Source: Lytechinus pictus (taxonomy: Eukaryota). From it: 64,000 bases of DNA. Below, piece after piece: positions 1-15,356 of the stretch (the first letter of the stretch is position 1; each line of letters begins with the position of its first letter). The notes beneath the pieces are model-generated. The model made no database searches. It was not told the DNA's origin and saw nothing but the letters and a program-made list of their open reading frames with translations. The position numbers and the translations under genes are program-made. The stretch is from the NCBI RefSeq assembly GCF_037042905.1, contig NC_087250.1, forward strand, positions 26,228,001 through 26,292,000. Reading direction: 5' to 3'.

Positions 1-894
1 AGAATAAATTGAATAATAGTAAAATAATTTTGAAGGAGATTCTTTTATCAACAGGCAGCCAATGTAAGGACTGGAGGATTGGCGAGATGGAGTCATACTT
101 TTTAGTGTATGTTAGGAGACGGGCAGCAGAGTTTTGTAGACGTTGAAGTTTTGTCCAATCTTTTTGTGGGAGGTTAAAGAACAATGAGTTTGAAAAATCT
201 AAACGGGAGGAAATCAAAGCATGGATAATTTTAGGGGCTTTTTGTAGGAATTCATGAAAAGGATACGTATCTCATCGGGGTAGGCCCTAATGTGAGCGCG
301 AAGCGCGATATGATATTTTGTATATCCTCACCTAAAAATGTCTAATGGAGAGTTTTTATCTCCCTCATCAAAATCAGAGCGTGGTGAGAAGCTTTGACAA
401 ACCAGAAAATTATATTTCTGAACTGTTTGCAAGAATTAATGAAAAGAAAGATATAAAAATAATGCAAACTCGTAGCTATAGATGAAAAGTTATGACATTT
501 GAGTTTGAAAAACTATTTTTTTTTATAAGGAGTGTTTGTTGGAATTCATGGAGAGAATATAAGTATATCACTAATTAAAAGTTGCACGAATATTCATCCC
601 TGGGTAAAGACATGCACGATTATTTTTTTACGTTGAAAAGTGCATTAATGGTACAGAGAACGGGGGTATTACCGTCAGCGGTATTCCTTTTTCAGCGTCT
701 TAATTCCTTTGCTTTTTCTATTCATTTTTTCCCTTTCTTTCTTTGCATCTATCTCCCGTTTTTGCACCACTGAAAGTAGCACCCGGGGCACGTGCCTCCA
801 TTGCCGCCCCGGCTAGATACGCCATGTAATAAAGTCCACTTTTCATGTCGGAAGAAATATCAGCTTGCGCTCCGCGCTCTAATCGATTGTTGAG

Positions 895-928
<34 letters not shown>

Positions 929-1578
929 AACATGTACATGTATATATGTATAACATGTACATGTATAACTTCACACATTTATATATATATACATATATAT
1001 ATATATAGCCATTCTGTTCATGGTTCCATTGCTTTTTATGTCTTGTTTTAGGTCTAAATCTAGGGGGAAAATCACCTCGCGTCTAATTCTCTAATATGAC
1101 GTTTCTTCTTTAAATAAAAAACGGACTTGAACTTTCCAGTTTTTAGATCTGAATTAAAAATAATAATAATCAGCTCGCGCTTCGCGCTCGCATTAATTGT
1201 TTGATTACATACTCATCCTGGTTATGATTTCAAAACGTGGTTAACATGTTCAGTTCTCAATAATACTCATATTGTACATGACAGAAAAAGTGCTTAGATT
1301 GTCCGAGTTTCGGGCGGAAAATTAGAATTTCTGTTCGCGCTTCATGCACGCTCGCATCATAAAGTTATGCTTATATATCCATCCAATTTATGGTTGAAAA
1401 TGTGATTCGAATATACATTTTTTAGTCCCAGATATTGAAAATGTACAACTCGCTCTCGCATTTTATTGATTGGTGAGATTTGTATTACATGTACATTCAT
1501 GAGTCACTGCAAAACGAATACTTTTGTAGGTGAGTATATTAAAAATTACTTCTGTGTTTCGCGCTCGCACGAATCTTA

Positions 1579-2761
1579 AGCCCCTTTCACAATTGACGTA
1601 CGACCATTTGCGACCTTTTGGTCGTGCGACAGGCTGCAACAGGCATCAATCGCTAGTCATCTCATAAGATCGCACAGAGGCTTTCACAGTTGCAACAGCT
1701 GTCGTACAACAAAAACAACCAGTAAACCCCATTGCACGAGTAAGTCGCATATGGTCTTATTGTGCTCGTGCGATCACATGCGAGTGTTGCACGAGGGATT
1801 GCGAGTGGAACGGTCGCATACATACGAATGAAATGGTAGTGCAATGATGTAAGCCGTTGCGATCGGTCTTGCAACAGTCTTATGGCCCATATTATTATCG
1901 CAACCAGTCGCAAGACAGGTCTCTGTACATGTAGGTCGCTTGCACATGTGCAAGTGTTGCACGACCTCCAGTCAAGTAAATGCGACTACTTAGTTGTGCC
2001 ACCTCTCGCACCAAGTCGTACAACGTTGAACACTTGCACGATGATCGCCCGACCGATGGTACGACCCCGGGTACGGCCTGATGCGAGTGAATCGATCGTA
2101 TTTGATCGCGTTCGGATTTTGAACATGTTCAAAGTTCAGATGTGACCAGCCACGACCACCTCGAGTTCGTGCGACCGTCTACAACGACTGCGAGTGCTCG
2201 CAAGACACCAAGAGATCGATCGTGCAACAACAAGAAAAAACTGTTGCAGGCGGTCGTAAACTGGTCGGACGTCAATTGTGAAAGGGGCTGAACGGTCGCA
2301 TACATGCGAATGCAACGGTAGTGGAATGTAGTAAGCCGTAATTTCGATCGGTCTTGCAACAGTCTCATATTATCGCACCCAGTCGCAAGACTGGTCTCTG
2401 TAGGTCTCCAGCACATGTGCAAGTGTTGTACGACCTCCAGTCGACTAAATGCGACTATACTTAGTTGTGCCACCTCTCGCACCAAGTCGTACAACGTTGA
2501 ACAACACTCACACGATGATCGCCCGACCGATGGTACGACCTGTTGCGAGTGAATCAATCGTATTTGATCGCGTTTGGATTTTGAACATGTTCAAAGTTCA
2601 GATGCGACCAGTCACGATCACCTCCGACCACCTCGAGTTTGTGCGATCGTCTACAACGACTGCGAGTGCTCGCAAGACACCAAGGGATCGATCGTGCAAC
2701 AACAAGAAAAAACTGTTGCAGGTGGTCGTAAACAGGTCGTACGTCAATTGTGAAAGGGGCT
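1579..2761. mobile_element. Non-autonomous TIR DNA element (PIF/Harbinger-like) with duplicated right half
   Basis: Left end AGCCCCTTTCACAATTGACGTACGACC; its inverted copy occurs twice (ending ~2289 and 2761); 1809-2290 is repeated as 2291-2761; T/A-rich flanks. Confidence 0.8.
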
Positions 2762-5700
2762 TAGATACGCATCTTCTTCATGATTACAATAACTGCCCAG
2801 AATATTCAATTCTCAGTTCTAAATAAAAATATACAATAAATTTAGCTTGCATGTGATATATTTAGACCTCATGAGATAAGGTAAGATAAGACTGTATTAG
2901 AACTTCGATCTTTAGTTAGGTCAAGCCCTCTAATATATAAATGAATAAATAAATAAATAATAACGTGAATAATGCCCCCCCCCCAAAAAAAAAAAAAAAA
3001 AAAAAAAAAAATGATTTTGGCGGCCTATCGGGAAAGTGTGAATGATAATTCCCACCCCTACCTTTAACTGATGAAAGCCTGTACTGCCCTGGGTATGGTG
3101 GAAGAAAATGTGACTGAGGAGAGTGTTGAACACTTCCAAGACTCATGGTCGTATAGCTGACGTCGGTACACGTTACCGATATACATTTGTAGAATCAAGG
3201 GCTATACCGACAAACATTTTGAACATTTACGATGGAGTATAGCTCGTGAGCAAAAAATAAAATAATATAATCACTTTTGAAAATGAACACCACTTCTCCC
3301 CCCCCCCCCCCCTCTCCCTTGCATGGTTGTGGAAGTTCGTAGTGTTTTTCGTTTGCGCGGGGGAGGGGCTCAAATAAAGGATTATAGGTATGTTCGTTTT
3401 GATCACACGAATCAAGCAGTGATAATAATACATGGGCACCTTGAGCACCTAACAAGATGGACACGTGTGCTATATAAATATTATATTATTTTATTACTAT
3501 TATTATCATTACTTAGAACTTATACGCTACTCGCCCCTTCCACTTCCCTCGTCTCCATTTTTTTTAGGGGGCCGCAGGTATAGGCATAATCTATAGCGTT
3601 CCCGCTCCCCCTTTCAATAATTTTAATATTTTTTCATCGTCCATTCTGGAGATATATGATTTCATCTCTCCGATCCGCCTCGTCAGTGTGTAAATGCGTT
3701 AGCGTGAAGGGAGGGGGTCGCTAGCAACCAACCTCCAACCTTGGACAACACAAGAAATAGGAGAAAAAATAAAGGACATTTTAATATTAGAAACGAAAAT
3801 GTCTGCTATGTTCTTGTTTGTCTTTTCCCCTGTTTATATTCCATAATGATGTAATGATTTCAAAAATCACATGTTCAGACCCCCCATTCCTCCATGTCCA
3901 GGGTTGCACTTTGTGAATAAGAGAATTCAACCTGGTCACACGTCGTTTTCAGATCCTTTCATTTTACTTCTCTCTCCCAATTTTCTTTCTTTAGTCATGT
4001 TCGTTGTGTTGTAGAACAATAGAGTGGACACTTTGACGTCGAAATAAGGTTACCAGACTAACGAAGGGAATGGGAAAGGTAGCGATAAATGGAAGCGAGG
4101 GGAAGGGGCACGCCCTCCTAAATTTTAGATAAGTGGGGTAGTTACCCCCTTAAAAGGAAGAGGGAAAGAAAGAAAGAAAGAAAAAAGAAAAGAAAGGAAA
4201 AATGTGAAAATAAAAATAAGAAAAAGATGAATATCACATGTTTACTAAAACCAATAATACCAAAATAGCAGTTTTGACAAAGGAAAATACTTAAAATTTA
4301 AAGCAAAATAATCATACAATCAAAAATAAAAAGTTTGTTTTCCGCACCAAAATGAAGGTGTTTGGATCAAACCTGTACATCACCCCCATATAAATCTTGG
4401 AGGTGATTTAGCACCCCCGCTTACAAAGGCCATGTGCATCGGTGTTTCCACAGATCCAAAACAAACTTCTCGAATTTATAGACATTTCCTAGAATTTTTA
4501 GTTTGATTTTAACAAAAATTGTACAAAAATGTAGCCAGCCGAAACTTTCAGCAAACAATTTTAAAAATATAACATGAATGTTGACAGTTGCTATGTTTAA
4601 TTATTGTTTACTTGTAATAAGGCTTTGGATTTCCCGAAATTTCCTGCATGGATTTGTTTCATTCGGAACCTTTCCTGGAAAAGGTAAAATTTCCCGAAAT
4701 TTCGGGAGGAGTGGAAACACTGATGTGCATCACGGGAATATCTATATATAACCCTTCATAATGCAATGTTATAAGGGGTTATAAGTAATATCACGAACAT
4801 GCTATTGAAATAAAAATGTAGGATTTTAATATAAAATCGAAAAACTTTTCAAATTCAACTCTTTGCGTTTACTCGCATTTCTCTATTTTATTACTAAACT
4901 TTATATGCCCTGTCGCCGAACCCTGCATGTGTCTTTCCACATTTTTTAAAATCGGATTAAAGTGACATTTTTAGATTGGTGACTTCATTTTTTTGTACAA
5001 AATACCATCTGGACGTCTCAGGATTCTGGAGTTTCTTGGGGCTTTGCTATCTATGCCTAGATAAAGCGGAAATAGAGAGGAACGATAAGAAAGGATATAA
5101 GAAGAAGAAAAGTGAATGAAATAATAAAAGAGGAACGATTTGAAAACAAAAAAAGTAGAAATCATTATACAAAAAAAATCAATCGCGAATATACTTTTTA
5201 AAAAATCAGCTTGCGTTTTACATGCGCTCTTATCATTATTCAGGAAAATATGCAGCAATATTCCAAAACAGTTTATACAATGTTTCGTATTAAGATCTTA
5301 ATTTCAACAAATATCAGCTCGCTTGGCGTATAAACTTTATACTTACCATAAGACCGTATTTGATTAGAATGACCCGATTCAGCTCTTCATGTCAAAATAT
5401 TAATAATTTTCAACTCGTTCTTCGTGCTCCGCGCTCGCACCATTCTGTTGTATAATCAATGCAATTTAATAAGTTTGAATCTCGGGTTTTCAGTTATTTT
5501 TTTCCAAGCAATGTGCTTATAATGACAATCCTCGATCCTGCTAATTGTTAATATCATAATATGTTGGGTGTGGATCATTTGGTGTGTGTGGGTTGAATCA
5601 TATTTTTAATAAGTACACTTTATTATTCATGCCAAAATTTAAAACGATATTATGTTTCTTTTGTTATGAAAATGCTAATACGCATTTACGAGAACAATAA

Positions 5701-7579
5701 ATCAAATCGAATTGTTTAAGATGAACATACCCTGCGTGATTACCAAAAGTGAGTAGAATGACCCGTTTAAGATGTTCATGTTCATAAAAAAGTTCGCGCT
5801 CCTATATTTATTTTCAAGGCGAAATATAAAAATAAACATTACTTTGCGCGCTTCGCGCTCGCATCATTAATTTAGGCCATAGTAGGTCCATGATTGTAAG
5901 AATAAAGCTACGATGTACTTAAAAATTCAGACTTTAGTTGCATGGGACACCCCCCCCCCCCCTAAATGATAATAATTAAGCATTTATCAGCCGATGTGGA
6001 AGAAATGTGGATGGAAATATTTCTTACCCCCCCCCCCCCCCGAAGTACGTAAAAATATACATTCTGGCACTGGCGGCGGAAGATCATGCTTCAACACCGC
6101 CGGAACACCGCCAATCCAGAATCTAATATTGTTATGCTTTCGCCGCCGGCCACAAAATAATGCAATTATTTTTATGTCCTTTTTATCCCCAGCATATACC
6201 TTTTTATGCTGCACCAAATCTTTTTATATAATTATTATAAAAATGTTCGTTATACATTGGTTGTTGGGCTGTGCAGTTATGTGTTGGAGGGGGCCGGGGG
6301 GCAGCTTTACGTTGTGCAGGGGTGGATCCAGGTTTTTCTAAAGGGAGGAGGCACAATTCATGAGAAAATTTTGAAAAGAAAAAAAAAAAGAAAAAAAAAG
6401 GTTTTCATCTAAAAATTTACAATCTAAAGGTATTTCGCCAAAAATTTGTCAAGCAAAAGAAGAAGAAGAAAGGACCTCGCGTTCAAAGGAAGGGAGTGCA
6501 TACGTGAGTAAAATATGGCAGATTTACTACACAAGTTTTGATTACTGCTCTCAAAAAGGTGCTCGGCCCATTAGAGAAACAGTCTTGAATAAATGAAATG
6601 TTATAATCATGTGACTGCACAATTAAAAATGAATGTCCTGTATTATGTTCATTTTTCGAGCGATATGGGAAGGGTCTTACGTAATACCAAGTAATTTGCA
6701 TACCGGTACCCACATAAACAACGAAACGTTCACGCATGGGATAAAGCCATCCTTCCCTCAGCTAGCCATGGTCCATGCCTCAGCTCACGACACACGCAGA
6801 GCTCGAGAGACCACATGTTCTTATTCTATTCTCAAGTACATGTATGATGTTCTGGATCGCACATATTTTATTCTGGTGCTACACTTTCGCTTTATCTTCA
6901 TGTAATATTAAAGTACATCGCCCTAAATTTGCCACGTTACTACCATCCCGGCGAGGAGTCAGTAAGTCTGCATTTTTCTTATCTTAGATGGTCTGTACAT
7001 ATCTTTCGTTGCGCTATCAGAATCTGTTTTTCTTCTTTCATACTACTTTCTCTGCTTCGACTAGAACCGTCAAGGCACTATAGAAAAGAGCCAGCAGAGA
7101 ACATGCGCTGCATGTAATGTTTACAATCCTCAGTGCATGCCGGCCGGAGCGGCCTTGCCCCCATTCACTGTTGGTTGATTGACAGTTCTCGCTTGCGTGT
7201 CCGTTACGATCTCAACGCTGAGGGAGGCATACAATTTTATTTTCAAATCGGGATGTCACAGTAATTTGGGAAATCGTCTAGTAGACGAGTTCTAATATAA
7301 TCACATTTTCCTACCTACTAACAACTTTTCATTCAAAATAAAGATGATTTCTAGGGTTTCTTAGAACAAGTACATAAACTCATAAACATAATTCATCTTA
7401 ATTTGAGAATTTTTTAAATCAGCTTCTCACAATGTTAAACGATCCCTTTAATTGTTCCTGAATCTATTACTATTATATTTGTACTTTTTATCTTTCTTTC
7501 TTTCTTCTTTCACTGCGCCTTGGGCACTCTACCGAGTGGATTTGGCGCATTAAAAATCAGATATATTATTATTATTATT

Positions 7580-10235
7580 ATTCCTTGTTTCTCGGTAGTC
7601 TTTAGATCTTCTCCCCCCCACCCCCCTCTCTCTCTCTCTCTCTCACTTATTCCATCTTTATTCCCCTTGTCTCTCTATGTTTATTGGCGGCGGAAGCCAC
7701 AAAAAATTAGAGGGGGTGGAACCACCTGCAATTTTGGAATGGGCACAGTTAAAACAATTGGATAAGCACAACAAAAAATCAACAGAAATTTTAGGGGGTT
7801 CATCCCCCATTCAAATGCCTATGTCTATTTATCCCTCTCTATGCTCCACCTCTCTCTCTCTCTCTTTCCCAGTCTTTATTCTCTTTGGCCTGTATTCCGT
7901 ATGGGAAGCGAAAAGTATCAACAATTTTATTAAGTTGTATGTTTCTTACGTTTACTGTGCTCTTTCCTGATTCATCGATGGTAAATACAATCTTCTATTT
8001 ATACTTCCTAGACAATTATGAACGATTTGAGAGCCGAATGAGTTGAAGTATTATATCTCTTCTGTTAATGATTTTGTAACAATTGGCTGTCCATACTTAA
8101 ACCACAACTTTAAACCTGATTTTAAGTTAAACTCGACTTCAGAATTCTCTCTCCCCTTCTTCCATCTTTCTCTTCCTCTCTCTCTCTCATTTTTTCTATC
8201 CCTCTCCTTTCTATCTCTTTCTTTTATTATCCTTTTATTTTAATATTTTCTCTCTCTCTTTCTCCGTCTTTACTTTCATCATCTCTCATTTTTTTTCTCT
8301 CATTCCCCACCCTCCCTCTATTTATCTTTATTTTATCTTTTCCCCTTTTTCTGTCACCGTCGTTCTATATATCATTTTAACCAGTCCCACATGTCCAATA
8401 TACTCATTTGTAAATTATAAATATGAACTACATGTGAAGTCGGTATTTTGTTTGACATTTATTTTCATTTATGCTGACAAAATTACTTGATTATAAAGTT
8501 ACATTATCATTTTGTACATTCAAATCACCGCCTCATCACCATGATGATGACTTCAAAATACAAACACCCTGTAAAGATTCTGATCAATTTCAAATATTTT
8601 ATTCAGATCGGTTCATAGTTGGGTTTTTATCAGTAATGTGTATACAGCTGGTTGTCGATTGGCAAACCTTTCTCGAAATGTACTAAATACCGTAACACAT
8701 AGTAGAGATATATATATTCAGATCGGTTGATAATTGGTAATTTGATCAGTAATTTGTATACAACTATATATTGCATTGGCAAACATTTCTCAAAATGTAC
8801 TAAATACCGTAACCCAGAGTAAAGAAAGATATTTGCTTTCTATTAGATACTTGCTTTCTATTTCCACATGACTATTTTCAGCTTTTAAGTAGGTGACAAT
8901 AATTTCGTCTTGATAAAAGTCTGTACATCAAAAAAACATAGACCTTTTTCTACTCAACAGTGTTTGTATCTCCTTCACAACAAAGCGTAATGAAAATATA
9001 TTTAAAACAAAACGTATTCATTCTACTCATCTTGCAATATACATTTAGAAATAATAGATCATGATATCATTATAAATCATCACATTATATCATAATATAA
9101 ATGCGTATTTTGTGCATTAGTGAAGCGAATAATCAGCTGTATAAGAACTAACAACAATTCAGATTCAGATTCATTAATTTATTGTCCTCAATGGAAATTC
9201 ACTCTGTTGGCATTACAAAATATAAATTCATTATTCACATAGATTATACTGCACTTACATTATTTACATACATTATAACTGCACATTAATATACATTATA
9301 CACACCATTTATGTCATTATTTAAGTTATTATATTGCATAATATTTAGCAAATCAAAGAAAGCTGGGATTGTCAATTGTTTCATCGGACAGTTGCCATAG
9401 TAACAACGCTTCTCAGCCAATCAAATCAAGAAAAGTCCTTACATCTGACAAATTACCGAGATAAATTTGTATAGAACTCATTCCCGCTCTCTCTCTCTCT
9501 CTCTCCCCCTCTGGGAACAAATTTCGAATATGCAATGCTATAGACAATAACGAGCGACTAAATTGATTTAATATTTAAACTTTAAATAAAACATTAACCC
9601 TATACCTAAACTCAATCTGTAGAGAGTTGATTATTGTAAGAATAAATTCGGTAGGACTTTTTTTTTTTTATAAATGACACATTGCTACTTTTTTAACACA
9701 ACACACCTTATAAATAACGCAAGATCTGATTAATTGTCAAAATAAATTTATTTATAGAACTTTCTCCCGCTTTCTCTCTTTGGGAGCAAATTTTTAAAAA
9801 GCAATGATAAAGACAATAACAAGCTATTAAATTGATACTTCAAATAAACCCTAACTAAACAAAATCTGTACAAAGTTGATTATTATGAGAATAAATTCGG
9901 TAGGATTTTTTTTATAAAGGACACATTTTTACATTGACACAAAACAATTCAATTCAATCTTAGACAATACCGATTTATAACAAGCTATTGAACATAAACC
10001 CTATATAGGCCTACCTAAACCCAATCTGTACAAAGTTGATTATTGTAAGAATAAATTCGGTAGCCGGATTATTTTGTATAAATGACATATTTCTACATTA
10101 ACACAACACACCTTAGACAATACCGATTTATATAAAACGCATTGGAGCAACATATACCATATACAGTACAAACTGTTTACAAACTAAACGCAGTATTAAA
10201 TGAAAATGAAATAAAGAATTTAAATGAATTGAATA
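7580..10235 (+). repeat. Local duplication, copy A (paralogous to ~13715-13873 + 20762-22530)
   Basis: Collinear matches, e.g. CTCGGTAGT..TTTAGATCTTCTCCC (7591/13727), CGTTCTATATATCATTTT (8361/20916), AATGAAAATGAAATAA (10199/22495). Confidence 0.85.
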
Positions 10236-13200
10236 TTATACCGCCTCCCTAATATGAAGCCACGAACATAAGCTATGATATCATCTGTCTGTTACACAAC
10301 AAATACATGTATATCCCTATTTTTATTCATTTACAGCATGGCACGTTCGACTAACAGATGTTTATTTGTCCATGGGATCTTTATGATGAAATTAATTTGA
10401 CATCAATTAACGATGTCGATAAACGTTACTGAACGTAGCGGGCGTCAACACATCATTAAAGTCGTTAACAAAAAACAACTAAAAAATCTTTCATCAATCA
10501 AAAGGCTTGCTACTTGAGATTTCATAGCCAGGTAGTAAGTGTAATATAATATATAAGATTAAACATGTGGTGAATGAAATCTTAATTAATCTTTGTTGAA
10601 AATATTAAGCCGATATGAGGATAAAGTAAAAGGTGTACAGACTTTCGAAAGTAAATGAGCTGATTAAAATAAGCGATATGATGTAATACTTTTATGAATA
10701 TAATAAATATGGAGCGTGCTGAGTCATTTTGAGATTGACGTCACCGGATACTACAGAATGAGAATATTCAATCGGTGTAAAGAGAATTATGGGGGAAACA
10801 TATTCATTTTTGTCTTTTTTCATCATATCCATTGTGCTATGCATGCTGACTGAGCAAAGATTCTATTACTACACAATATGAGTTTTTATCTTATATTCTG
10901 TTAACATGTATGAGAGGGACTACGTACATAAATTGCACATACAGTGTAAACATCATGTACATGTACGCCTACGCACATCACATTTTTAGCCGTTTCTTCT
11001 TCATTTGGAGGCTTGTTTTACCTGGTCGTGTCTAACCCTATGTTCATGTTGTCAGTTAACTACCATGGTAACGCTTATCAGCAGCCAATCAGAATCAAGG
11101 ATTCCATGCAAGTTACAATTGAATGGCAAAGTTACCATAATTGTAACAGAATAGCCACAGTGTACATGTAAATGCCATAATGTGGGGTTGCATATAATCC
11201 ATTCCCCTCTCCGCCCCCTGAATGAGCATATTTGACAAAACATGTCTTCAATTTCTGAGACAAAACATACCGTATCTTCAATTTCTGAGGCAATTAATTC
11301 AAGAGGTAATTTCTATGACACTATAGTTTATATAGATCTACCTGTAGACCTTGCCATGGTGGTCAATGCATGGACATGCATGTATGCAGTGCAGTATGTA
11401 CAATACATTGTATACTGTATGGCACCTATGGATAATAAAACAAATTTTTGTTTAATAAGATATATTTCGTAAATTTCCGTAGAACCCAAAGTAGAGGAAT
11501 AAGAGCAATATATCATATGAAACTACTTGCTATTGTGGAACTTGTATCGTCCAATATCCAAGAACCACAAGACGATGAAAACTAATTTTGGGCAGAGAAA
11601 TGGGTCTAAAAATGTGTAAATTTTGGTAAAATAACCCTTTAACTTTGCAAATAATGGTTTTTAAGTACTAATGTCAGGTAAAACAGACTGCCTGCCCCCA
11701 AAAACATATGAATAGACACCAAAACTAGAGAAACAGACCAAATGAAGAAGTTGTGGCCAAAACTGTGATTTTGGGGGTTTTGGCGGCCATTTCGGATTTT
11801 GGTCCGGCACACTTTTTTCTCGGACCCGAGAAAAAATATTGTCATTTCATGTTGAGATACATTACAAGGAATATATAAGAACGGTTGCCATATTAAATTG
11901 AAAAAAAAAATATTTTTTGACCCATGTATAGCCCACTCTTACTTGAATTGTTCTGTTGTTGTTTCGTTTTAATATGTTCTCTTGTAGTTGTAGCTTTGAA
12001 TTTTCCTTCTTTAAGCAAACTTTTTTTTCAACCAAAGAATGAGAGAGCGTGTTCCCTTTTTCCAAATCATTTCATTGTGTGCTACAAAGGTTATGGTGCC
12101 TTTGAACAGTGCCATACAGATGGGAGGGGGCTCGGGGATGCTCCCCCCAAAAAAAATGAAAATAAAGAAATAAATAAAAATCATGACCAAGAAAAAATGG
12201 AAAGGAAATAAAAGGAAAAAAAATGAAAATGAACTATGATGTTATTTTCTAAATATGTCAACATCTATTACAAAATTGGATATTGTAATACAAAAGGGGA
12301 AATCTTTGCTTGCTCCCTTCGCTCGCTCTCAACTTTTTAATACATTTTACCCGATCTGCCATATCTAGCTCCTTCAAAATTAACTAAATACACCATTGCC
12401 ATTAAAAGACATGAATCCTTTACTGTTTGTCCTGTCAAGCACATAATTAAACTTGGTAAAGGAATCAATAACCCCTTGAAAAATTGATTCATGTCTTAAA
12501 AAGACACCATAACATAAATTGTTTCACACAATAAAAGGATTTTAATTATTACAAGTTATCCCAATTAATAATGCAAATCCTCTTGCTTGGGTTGGCACAA
12601 AGTCTACTTTTCTTACTCATGAAGAAAAAATCAAAGGTAAAATAAGTTTAAATGAACAAAAATAATTCAAGTAAAAATATATATATTTGTAAATAAAATT
12701 TGACAGCATAATTCGAAAATTAGGGCAAAGATAATGAAAAGGCTAAGAGGAGGTATGTTGATTAGCAAGAAGTGTGATCACCATATTACTCATATTCTGC
12801 AATTTTGGCGCAAGCCCGACAAAAACGTCCCTTGTTCGCTCAAGCATGAACACAATTTATTTTTAATGGCATTTTAAAGAATAAGATTTCAGAGCATCCA
12901 TAAACATCAAAATATAGATATCATAATTTGAAACAATTTTTTTATAGACGCAAAACTGTCCCGTTTTTATACGCCATCTTTTGAGGTAGAATGGAAGAGC
13001 ATACGAAGGGGATTTCCCCATTAGATGATAGCCGACTTCAGATCACTGCCAAATTATGGAGGTCAACAATACTGGGGCTTCTAATAAAGAAACAAATCAC
13101 TTTTCAATGGGTGATTTGATAAGCCAGGTGAGTTGCTCAGTATGTATATGCATATATTATGCTTTGTTAGATATACTTGAAGCACCCTTCCCCGTGAAAG

Positions 13201-15136
13201 CAGAGACAGCATTGTCATTATCTTCTGTATTCTGTACATAATCAAGTGTATTTCTTGTATTATGTTATTATGTTTTGATCAAATAGGTCCATGGTTTTGA
13301 TATATTATTTTGTTGAAGCGTTGAACATAATTTTAATATGACAGTGGTGTAGGTCTTTGAATACATTGAAATAGCAATATGGTCACTTTTAAAAGTAAGA
13401 AGCGTTTGGATCATTCTCTTCCTCTTTCTCTCTCTCTCACTATTTTTCTCTCCCTTTCATGTTTCTATCTCTTAAATTCAATCGTTCTTGGCAAGTCTAC
13501 CCATTATGTTTCCTTTCATTTAATTTCGCAGCCAGTTCTATCTACGTAGTTCAAATTCACCCTTTCTTCAATTTTGTTATGAATTACTATGGGTAACATG
13601 GTTTGTGATATATCTAACTTTGTAATGTAATGTTATTTTGTATCATAAGAAAGCAAAATGCCAATACAAGCTCAATTACAAATTCACCCCCTCACCTCCC
13701 CCATCTCTCTCTATCAGTCCTTGTCTCTCGGTAGTTCTTTAGATCTTCTCCCTCTACGCATCTCTTTCTCACTCCTCCACTTCTCTTTTCCTCTCTTTCC
13801 CAGTATTTATTTGCATTGTCTCTCCATGTTTGTCTATCCCCTTCTCTCTCTTCCCCCCTCTCCCTCTATCATGTTTCTTTGTATTCAGCTTATTTAATTC
13901 CAAAACATACTAAGGTAATTTTCTTTTATTTTTTTTTTTTTTCATACAGCAAAATTCATGTATATATGCAAACACAATCTGCTTGAATACAAGAAAGAAT
14001 ACTTTTCACTTTACAGGCAATATAATTTATTTAAAATAAAAAAAAAACATGAGATTTTTCTCTCTTTCATGTAGTAAATTAATGTACACTTGAGCTGAAA
14101 TGTTCACAAATTATAATTCTATATTTATTTATTCTTTATTTAAACAACTTCAATTCTACTTGTGTAATGTGATCGACAGATCACTGACTACATGGTTAAC
14201 TGGTCACAATGGAATTTCATTGCTAAATATCATATGATTCCTAAACAAATTTAAAATTTATTTATTTATTTATTTTTTAAATGAAATTTCCTACTCTTGC
14301 TGTACTACTTGTCGTCCCAGGCACAATCTGAATTTGGTTTCTCTATTTTGCTGGAAATTACTTGTAACTAGGCACCATTATAAAAAATTCTTTATGCAAC
14401 CTATTCACGTTTATATTCTGGTTAAAATAAAATCATGAACTTTTCTTAATTTATGAATAATTAGGCAAGGGCTCTGCTAAAAGTTCAACTTAATGAGGAA
14501 ATATCAGAGTATTAAGGTCTATATCAGATTGTGTCATGGTAGGGCTACCTTGCTTATTTTGAACTGCAGCATACCTTTAAATAAGTCGTGTCCTAATGCT
14601 TGTATTGTTCCTATTTAATACTATCTAGTATACTATCCAGTAGAGTATTTGAATCATTAATGAATTGCTAATATTGTGGAATTTCTTTTGTGGACGCTCA
14701 TGCACGTAAAGCCTATACCAACAATCTATGAAAAAGCCACAATGAGAAATCAGTGAATTCCAACCTGCCAATGATACGCGTCATCAATCTCAGTTTGAAT
14801 GGAAATGAGTCCAAAAAATAAACATTTTGCGCATTGAACTTGAAAATGATTGAATACCCACCGCTGTACTTATTCATGAACACTTTGTATTTACTTCATA
14901 TCTACTCCAGATTGTGTATGCTATACCATTTGTTTTCTCATTGTGGTTGGATCATGACAAACTATATATTGCATTCAAATGTGATTGAAACGCCCGGTAT
15001 TGTATGTGATTATGCACTGGAAAGTATACGCTAAAAACATGGCATTTTCTCCCTTCTTCCCAGCATGACTAACGATTAGATGTACGGACAGGTGTACTAG
15101 TCCGTAAGTTCAATCTAACATTAATCATGCAACCAC

Positions 15137-15356
15137 CGTGAATTCCGCTCCAAATTATTGTACAACAATACTGTGCTTTATAGCGTTTCGATGTTTTACA
15201 TTGTTGTGATATGCAATTCTGTTTTCTATACTGGACCAATTAAATCAGGCAACCAACTAAATGAACGTGAATTCCACTCCAAATTGTTGTACAACAATAC
15301 TATGCTTTATAGCGTTTCAATGCTGATTTCCATTGTCTGATAGGCAATTCTGTTTT
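15137..15356 (+). repeat. Two ~90-bp direct repeats (period ~129 bp) in the LINE 5' region
   Basis: CGTGAATTCC(G/A)CTCCAAATT(A/G)TTGTACAACAATACT(G/A)TGCTTTATAGCGTTTC at ~15137 and ~15266. Confidence 0.85.

Noticed and set aside
1662..2826. Cluster of 62-142 aa ORFs
   Set aside because: Chance frames in a GC-richer non-autonomous MITE; no transposase motifs.
290..5870. Recurring GCTCGCGCTTCGCGCTCGCA motifs as regulatory sites
   Set aside because: They look like internal units of degenerate interspersed repeats; I could not define boundaries or function.
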